64,000 nt of DNA from an uncultured Bacteroidota bacterium (lineage in GTDB: Bacteria > Bacteroidota > Bacteroidia > UBA7662 > CAMTUB01). Of this stretch, positions 58,614 through 64,000 are shown piece by piece. How positions within the stretch are numbered: position 1 is the first letter of the stretch; every line of letters starts with the position of its first letter. Position numbers and translations under genes: made by a program. The stretch lies in NCBI GenBank assembly GCA_947084835.1, contig CAMTUB010000008.1, positions 1,524-65,523 on the forward strand, given 5' to 3'. The notes beneath the pieces are model-generated. The model saw only the letters and a program-made list of their open reading frames with translations. It had not been told where the DNA came from and searched no databases.

Positions 58614-60049
58614 TGGTAACAGTATTATTATTGCTTTTACCCGTTGCAGGAGCACTTTTGCTTTTGCCATTAAAGGGCGAAAAAGCAAAACAATTTGCGC
58701 TTATTACAGCGTTAATTCAACTTTTAGTAACCGCTTATGCTTGGTCGGGAATTACCGATTATTCAAAAGTAAATTTCTTATTTGATGCTTCATGGATTCC
58801 ATCAATGGGAGTTCATTTTAAAGTGGGTATGGATGGATTAAGTTTCATGTTGGTTTTACTTACCAATCTGTTGGTGCCTTTCATCATAGCAAGCACTCAA
58901 TCCGAAAAATTTAAAAAAGCGTCTAGTTTTTATGCTTTAATCTTATTAATGCAAAGCGCAATGCTTGGCGTTTTCACGGCATTAGACGGTTTTGCTTTTT
59001 ATATTTTCTGGGAATTAGCTCTAATCCCTATTTTCTTTATCCTTTTAATTTGGGGCGGAGAAAATCGTGTGAAGGTTACCACCAAATTCTTTATTTATAC
59101 CATAGCAGGTTCTATTTTCATGCTAATTGGTTTGATAACGCTTTATCTAAATGCTCCTGAGCGCTCATGGGATATTGCCAATTTATACCAAGCTAATTTA
59201 GATGCAGACACCCAGTGCATGGTTTTTTGGTTTATCTTTTTAGCATTTGCTATCAAAATTCCAATTTTCCCTTTTCATACTTGGCAACCATCAACGTATA
59301 CTCAAGCGCCTGCTGCTGGCACAATGGTGCTTTCTGGCATCATGCTTAAAATGGGAATTTACTCATTGTTCCGTTGGTTGCTCCCAGTTGCTCCGCAAGC
59401 CGTTGCAGATTACAGTCAACTGATTATGATTTTAGCAATCGTGGGTGTGATTTACGCATCGTGGATTGCCATGCAACAACGCGATTTAAAAACGCTTTTA
59501 GCTTACTCATCCATGGCACACGTTGGTTTAATAGCTGCTGGTGCTTTTTCTGGGCAATTAATTGGAATACAAGGTGCTATGTACCAAATGTTTTCGCACG
59601 GTATCATAGTTGTAGGATTATTTATTGGTGTAGATATTATTGAAAGAAGAACTAACCTCAGAGATATCACCCTTTTAGGAGGAATACGTAATACTGCTCC
59701 TTGGTTTTCAGCTTTCTTTTTAATTATTGTACTTGGAAGCATTGCGTTGCCAATTACCAGCGGATTTGTGGGCGAGATTATGCTTTTGTTAGGTATCTTT
59801 TTACATAATCAATGGATGGCAGCAGTTGCTGGAGTTTCAGTAATTCTTGGCGCAGTTTATATGCTTCGTATGTATCAAAAAGCAATCCTTGGACCTGAAA
59901 ACGAAACCAATGGCTCTTTTAAAGACCTTACTACTTCTGAAATGTTACTTATTGTTCCGATTGTTCTATTAATACTTGGACTAGGAGTTTATCCAAAACC
60001 CATTTTAGATCTTACCGAATCAATTGCTACAAACTTTTTAATCAAATAA
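58613..60049 (+). CDS. nuoM: NADH-quinone oxidoreductase subunit M
   Basis: 478 aa antiporter-like subunit; position and FPFHTWQP motif. Confidence 0.92.
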   Translation: MVTVLLLLLPVAGALLLLPLKGEKAKQFALITALIQLLVTAYAWSGITDYSKVNFLFDASWIPSMGVHFKVGMDGLSFMLVLLTNLLVPFIIASTQSEKFKKASSFYALILLMQSAMLGVFTALDGFAFYIFWELALIPIFFILLIWGGENRVKVTTKFFIYTIAGSIFMLIGLITLYLNAPERSWDIANLYQANLDADTQCMVFWFIFLAFAIKIPIFPFHTWQPSTYTQAPAAGTMVLSGIMLKMGIYSLFRWLLPVAPQAVADYSQLIMILAIVGVIYASWIAMQQRDLKTLLAYSSMAHVGLIAAGAFSGQLIGIQGAMYQMFSHGIIVVGLFIGVDIIERRTNLRDITLLGGIRNTAPWFSAFFLIIVLGSIALPITSGFVGEIMLLLGIFLHNQWMAAVAGVSVILGAVYMLRMYQKAILGPENETNGSFKDLTTSEMLLIVPIVLLILGLGVYPKPILDLTESIATNFLIK

Positions 60050-60052
60050 CGC

Positions 60053-61438
60053 ATGAAGGCCATAATAGCACTATCAATTGTAGGAATTGCTACCTTATTT
60101 ACCGGGGTTTTCAATATGAAAAACCGCGCAGTATGGGTAGCAATTACTGGCTTATTTGTAGCATTAACATTTACCGTTCAAGATTGGAACACTTCTGTTC
60201 GCTATTTCAGCGATATGATTTATTTCAACAATTATGCAGTTGCGTTTACAAGCATCATCATTGTAATTACTGGACTTATACTGCTTTTATGCAGCGATCA
60301 TTATAGAACTGCCAACAATACTATTGCCGATATTTACGGTTTGATATTGTTTGCCGTTGTTGGTGCAATAATCATGGTTTCGTATCAAAACCTAGCCATG
60401 CTTTTTTTAGGAATAGAAATACTTTCTATTCCACTGTATATACTAGCCGGAAGTAACAGAAATGATCTTTCATCCAACGAAGCCTCGTTAAAGTATTTCC
60501 TAATGGGTGCTTTTGCGAGCGGCTTTTTACTTTTTGGAATTGCCTTGGTTTTTGGTGCAACCAATTCGTTTAATTTAGACGAAATTCATGCAGCAATTGT
60601 ACATAATGGCGGAACCATAAGCCCAATGCTTAGTATTGGTGTATTGCTGATTTTAGTTGGTTTTTTGTTCAAAGTTTCTGCTGCTCCTTTTCATTTTTGG
60701 GCTCCTGATGTTTACGAAGGTTCTCCAACTGTGATTACAGCATTTATGGCAACTGTAGTTAAAACTGCTGGTTTTGCTGCGTTTTTCCGTTTATTCTCCG
60801 GGTCATTCTTAGAAATTGAATCGGTTTGGTTCAACATTCTTTGGGTAGTAACCGTGCTAACATTATCCGTTGGAAATCTAACTGCTTTATTTCAAAAAGG
60901 AATGAAGCGTTTGCTTGCATATTCAAGTATTTCTCATGCTGGATTTTTAATGCTTGCATTGCTTGTACTTTCTGATAAAGCAACCAATGCCTTAATTTAT
61001 TACTCGGCAGCCTATGGTCTTTCAACCATTTGTGCTTTTGCGGTATTATTAGCTGTAAAAGAAAAAAGGGGGAACGATTCTATCGAATCCTTTAAAGGAT
61101 TAGGTAAAGAGAATCCGTTTTTAGGGTTTTTCTTTACCATTGCATTGCTTTCTTTAGCCGGAATTCCTCCATTGGCAGGTTTCTTTGGTAAATATTATAT
61201 GTTTGCTTCTGCACTAGAAGTTAACTTAAAAGTTATTGTTATCATCGCTGTAATCAATGCTATTATCGGAATTTATTATTACCTAAGAGTTATAAACATC
61301 ATATGGAGTTCGCCTGACGAAAGCACAGCTGACCATACCATTCAAATTGGTTTTACCTATAAAACCGTGATATTTGTAAGTGCTTTACTTATTATTTTGA
61401 TAGGCATACTACCTGAATTTCTTATTACCCTAATTTAA
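60053..61438 (+). CDS. nuoN: NADH-quinone oxidoreductase subunit N
   Basis: 461 aa antiporter-like subunit; APFHFWAPDVYEG motif. Confidence 0.92.
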   Translation: MKAIIALSIVGIATLFTGVFNMKNRAVWVAITGLFVALTFTVQDWNTSVRYFSDMIYFNNYAVAFTSIIIVITGLILLLCSDHYRTANNTIADIYGLILFAVVGAIIMVSYQNLAMLFLGIEILSIPLYILAGSNRNDLSSNEASLKYFLMGAFASGFLLFGIALVFGATNSFNLDEIHAAIVHNGGTISPMLSIGVLLILVGFLFKVSAAPFHFWAPDVYEGSPTVITAFMATVVKTAGFAAFFRLFSGSFLEIESVWFNILWVVTVLTLSVGNLTALFQKGMKRLLAYSSISHAGFLMLALLVLSDKATNALIYYSAAYGLSTICAFAVLLAVKEKRGNDSIESFKGLGKENPFLGFFFTIALLSLAGIPPLAGFFGKYYMFASALEVNLKVIVIIAVINAIIGIYYYLRVINIIWSSPDESTADHTIQIGFTYKTVIFVSALLIILIGILPEFLITLI

Positions 61439-61475
61439 TATTAGGGTATCCATTCTTTTTTGATAAAGAGTCGAC

Positions 61476-61511
61476 TAACACTTATAAATTTGCATTGATT
61501 TATAAGTGTTA
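61476..61511 (+). terminator. 14-bp perfect hairpin after nuoN; a candidate nuo terminator without a U-tract, or a kup leader structure
   Basis: TAACACTTATAAAT-(8 nt loop TTGCATTG)-ATTTATAAGTGTTA. It ends 2 nt before the TTG start of kup. Confidence 0.4.
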
Positions 61512-61513
61512 CG

Positions 61514-63466
61514 TTGAATTCGCACGAAAAAAACTTTGACAAACTCAAACTAGCGGGACTTTTCTTAAGTCTCGGTATTGTTTTTGGGGATATTGGTACT
61601 TCGCCCCTGTATGTACTGAAAGCAATTATCGGAGATAATCTCATAAGCAAAGACCTTGTGTATGGCGGTATATCCTGTATCTTCTGGACCCTTACTTTTC
61701 AAACTACTTTAAAGTATATCATAATTACCCTTAATGCAGATAACAAAGGTGAAGGTGGGATATTTTCGCTTTATGCATTAGTTCGTAGAAAAGCAAAATG
61801 GTTGGTAGTGCCTGCTGTAATTGGCGGTAGTACTCTTTTAGCCGATGGTATTATAACTCCTCCAATTACAGTAACATCTGCAATTGAAGGTTTGAGAATT
61901 ATCAACCCTGATATTCAGGTAATTCCTATCGTAATTAGTATTATTGTTGCCCTTTTTGTATTTCAACAATACGGTACACGTGTTGTAGGAAACAGTTTTG
62001 GAGGCATAATGTTTCTGTGGTTTTTAATGCTGGGCGCACTGGGTGTAGGGCAGTTAGTATATCACCCTGAAATTTTTGCAGCTTTCAACCCGTACTACGG
62101 GTACAAATTATTAACCGAATTTCCCCAAGGTTTTTGGATACTAAGCGCTGTTTTCCTCTGTACAACTGGAGCAGAAGCCCTCTATTCTGATTTGGGACAT
62201 TGCGGAAGAAAAAATATACGTATAAGCTGGATTTATGTGAAAATCTGCTTAATGCTAAACTATTTGGGGCAAGGCGCATGGCTAATGCTAAACGAAGGTC
62301 AATCGCTTAGTGAGCGTAACCCTTTCTACTTTATCATGCCTGATTGGTTTACAATTTATGGAATTTTATTAGCAACCTTAGCCGCAGTTATTGCATCTCA
62401 AGCTTTAATTAGCGGTTCATTTACGCTTATTAGCGAGGCAATGCGCTTAAATTTTTGGCCTAAAGTAACCATTGAATATCCTACAGATCAAAAAGGGCAA
62501 CTGTATATCCCATCATTAAACTGGCTTTTAATGTTTGGATGCATTAGTGTAGTACTTTACTTTAAAGAATCAGCAGCAATGGAGGCCGCTTACGGCCTCG
62601 CCATCACCATGACCATGATGATGACCACATTGTTGTTGATGTACTTCTTAAAACGCGTAAAAACCAACAATTACTTAATCGCTTTTCTATTCTTATTATT
62701 TGTGGGGATCGAAGGTTCATTTTTGATTGCAAATCTTCAAAAATTTAAACATGGTGGTTGGGTTTCCCTTTTTATAAGTTCGATAATTATAATAATAATG
62801 TTTACGTGGTTTAAAGCACGTAAAATCAAAAACAAGTTCACAGAATTTGTACCTATCAAAAAGTACCTTCCAATGCTTAGCGATTTATGCGTTGATGAAA
62901 CAGTACCTAAATACGCAACACATTTAGTGTTTTTAACCAGTGCCGATTTTGAACATGAAATCGAGGCAAAAATAATGTACTCCATTTTCAACAAACAGCC
63001 TAAACGAGCGGATGTTTTTTGGTTAGTACACGTCCACGTTATTGACGAGCCTTATACCAAGGAGTACAAAGTTACTCCGATGGTAGATGACAAAGTTATA
63101 CGCATTGAATTCAGACTTGGTTTCCGTATCGAACCGAAAATAAATGTTTTCATCCGAAAGGTAATTGAAGACATGGTTGAGAAGAATGAAATCAATGTCT
63201 TTAGTCGGTATAAATCACTAAAGAAATACAACATCACAGGCGACTTTAGATTTGTGGTCATAAAACGGGTGTTGACTTACGATATCGATTTTAGTTTTAT
63301 CGAAAGGCTTGTAATGAACATCTACTTTTTATTGCACAGCGTAAGCTTATCTGAAGAAAAAGAATTCAGTTTAGATACTAGCTCTGTAACTATTGAGAAG
63401 GTTCCGTTGGTAGTTGCAAAACCAAAGAGTGTTGAACTAAAACGAATTTTCACACAAGGATATTAA
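61514..63466 (+). CDS. kup: KUP/HAK/KT family potassium transporter
   Basis: 650 aa; GDIGTSPLYV signature. Apparent TTG start; no in-frame ATG nearby. Confidence 0.92.
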   Translation: MNSHEKNFDKLKLAGLFLSLGIVFGDIGTSPLYVLKAIIGDNLISKDLVYGGISCIFWTLTFQTTLKYIIITLNADNKGEGGIFSLYALVRRKAKWLVVPAVIGGSTLLADGIITPPITVTSAIEGLRIINPDIQVIPIVISIIVALFVFQQYGTRVVGNSFGGIMFLWFLMLGALGVGQLVYHPEIFAAFNPYYGYKLLTEFPQGFWILSAVFLCTTGAEALYSDLGHCGRKNIRISWIYVKICLMLNYLGQGAWLMLNEGQSLSERNPFYFIMPDWFTIYGILLATLAAVIASQALISGSFTLISEAMRLNFWPKVTIEYPTDQKGQLYIPSLNWLLMFGCISVVLYFKESAAMEAAYGLAITMTMMMTTLLLMYFLKRVKTNNYLIAFLFLLFVGIEGSFLIANLQKFKHGGWVSLFISSIIIIIMFTWFKARKIKNKFTEFVPIKKYLPMLSDLCVDETVPKYATHLVFLTSADFEHEIEAKIMYSIFNKQPKRADVFWLVHVHVIDEPYTKEYKVTPMVDDKVIRIEFRLGFRIEPKINVFIRKVIEDMVEKNEINVFSRYKSLKKYNITGDFRFVVIKRVLTYDIDFSFIERLVMNIYFLLHSVSLSEEKEFSLDTSSVTIEKVPLVVAKPKSVELKRIFTQGY

Positions 63467-64000
63467 CTAGGCTCTTGGTTTGGTTTCGATTTCGAAATTG
63501 CTACGATAACAGGAATTGACGTTATTAAAATCAAACCAAGAATTACGTAACCCAAATATTTTTCAGAATTAGGGAAATACTCCCCAAAAAGATAGCCGAT
63601 TGTTATAAAACTACCGGTCCAAGAAATTGCGCCAACGGCATTGTATCCCACAAATTTAAAAAAGGGCATATTAATTAGCCCTCCAAAAATGGGGGCAAAT
63701 GTTCTAATTATCGGTAAAAACTTGCTCACAATAAGCGTTCTGCCACCATATTTATGGTAATAATTTTTTGCCATATGCAAATGCTTTTGTTTGAAAAACA
63801 AACTGTCTTTACGGGTATAAAGAGCATCTCCAGCCTTAACGCCAAACAAATAACCAAATACATTACCTACCAAGGCAGCGCAAGTAACAAGCAGAATAAC
63901 AGCAATTAATGAATATTGTAGAACACCAGTGCTTATTAACAATCCAGTTGTAAACATTAACGAATCGCCAGGCAGAAAGAAACCAAAAAACAACCCATTT
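63463..64000 (-). CDS. dedA: DedA/SNARE-associated family membrane protein; 5-prime end probably outside the window
   Basis: FLPGDSLMFTTG motif and VSKFLPIIRTFAPIFGG. The frame stays open to the window edge upstream of the TTG at 63993. Confidence 0.8.
   Translation of the reverse strand, partial: NGLFFGFFLPGDSLMFTTGLLISTGVLQYSLIAVILLVTCAALVGNVFGYLFGVKAGDALYTRKDSLFFKQKHLHMAKNYYHKYGGRTLIVSKFLPIIRTFAPIFGGLINMPFFKFVGYNAVGAISWTGSFITIGYLFGEYFPNSEKYLGYVILGLILITSIPVIVAISKSKPNQEPS

Noticed and set aside
61439-61513. c-di-AMP or other K+-related riboswitch in the kup leader
   Set aside because: 75 nt containing a single simple hairpin is too short and too simple for the ydaO/kimA-type fold.

Overview
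AT-rich, densely coding bacterial chromosome segment. No rRNA, tRNA, CRISPR array, transposase or integrase was found. Gene content suggests Bacteroidota (inference): a CarboxypepD_reg-type TonB receptor paired with DUF4249, a short 320-aa NuoG, and many lipoprotein signals. Layout: (1) nuoD(partial)-C-B-A on the minus strand at the left edge. nuoF-G-H-I-J-K-L-M-N is on the plus strand at 51.9-61.4 kb, so complex I is split and divergently oriented around about 50 kb. (2) Housekeeping and envelope genes at 2-10 kb. (3) A cst-like sulfur cluster at 10.1-13.9 kb: Crp/Fnr regulator, TauE, MBL-rhodanese fusion, thioredoxin, membrane rhodanese. (4) An ATP-cone/PD-(D/E)xK nuclease fusion, a BNR-repeat protein, and an nrdJ-thioesterase-unknown-moeB operon. 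(5) An anaerobic N-oxide and molybdenum island at about 24-47.4 kb. It holds an Fnr-like regulator, a porin/MbnP-like/di-haem peroxidase trio, moeA-mobA-moaD-moaE-moaC/mog, and a 1.15-kb non-coding hairpin-repeat array. It continues with a RIC protein, a His-motif membrane protein, tyrosine phenol-lyase, moaA and tatA. It ends with a Tat-exported NarGH-like type II molybdoenzyme with an EbdC-like haem-b subunit, a NorC/NorB-like pair, and three c-type cytochrome genes. (6) kup and a partial dedA at the right edge. Most notable observations: the NorB-like protein lacks one canonical active-site histidine and has HxM in place of HxH. The periplasmic Nar/Nxr-like enzyme has a C-x3-D-x3-C FS0 motif and no membrane quinol-oxidising subunit. 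TGA-N6-TCA (FNR-type) palindromes lie upstream of five minus-strand transcription units. The hairpin-repeat array carries five to six decayed copies of a restriction-modification-type C-terminal coding tail.
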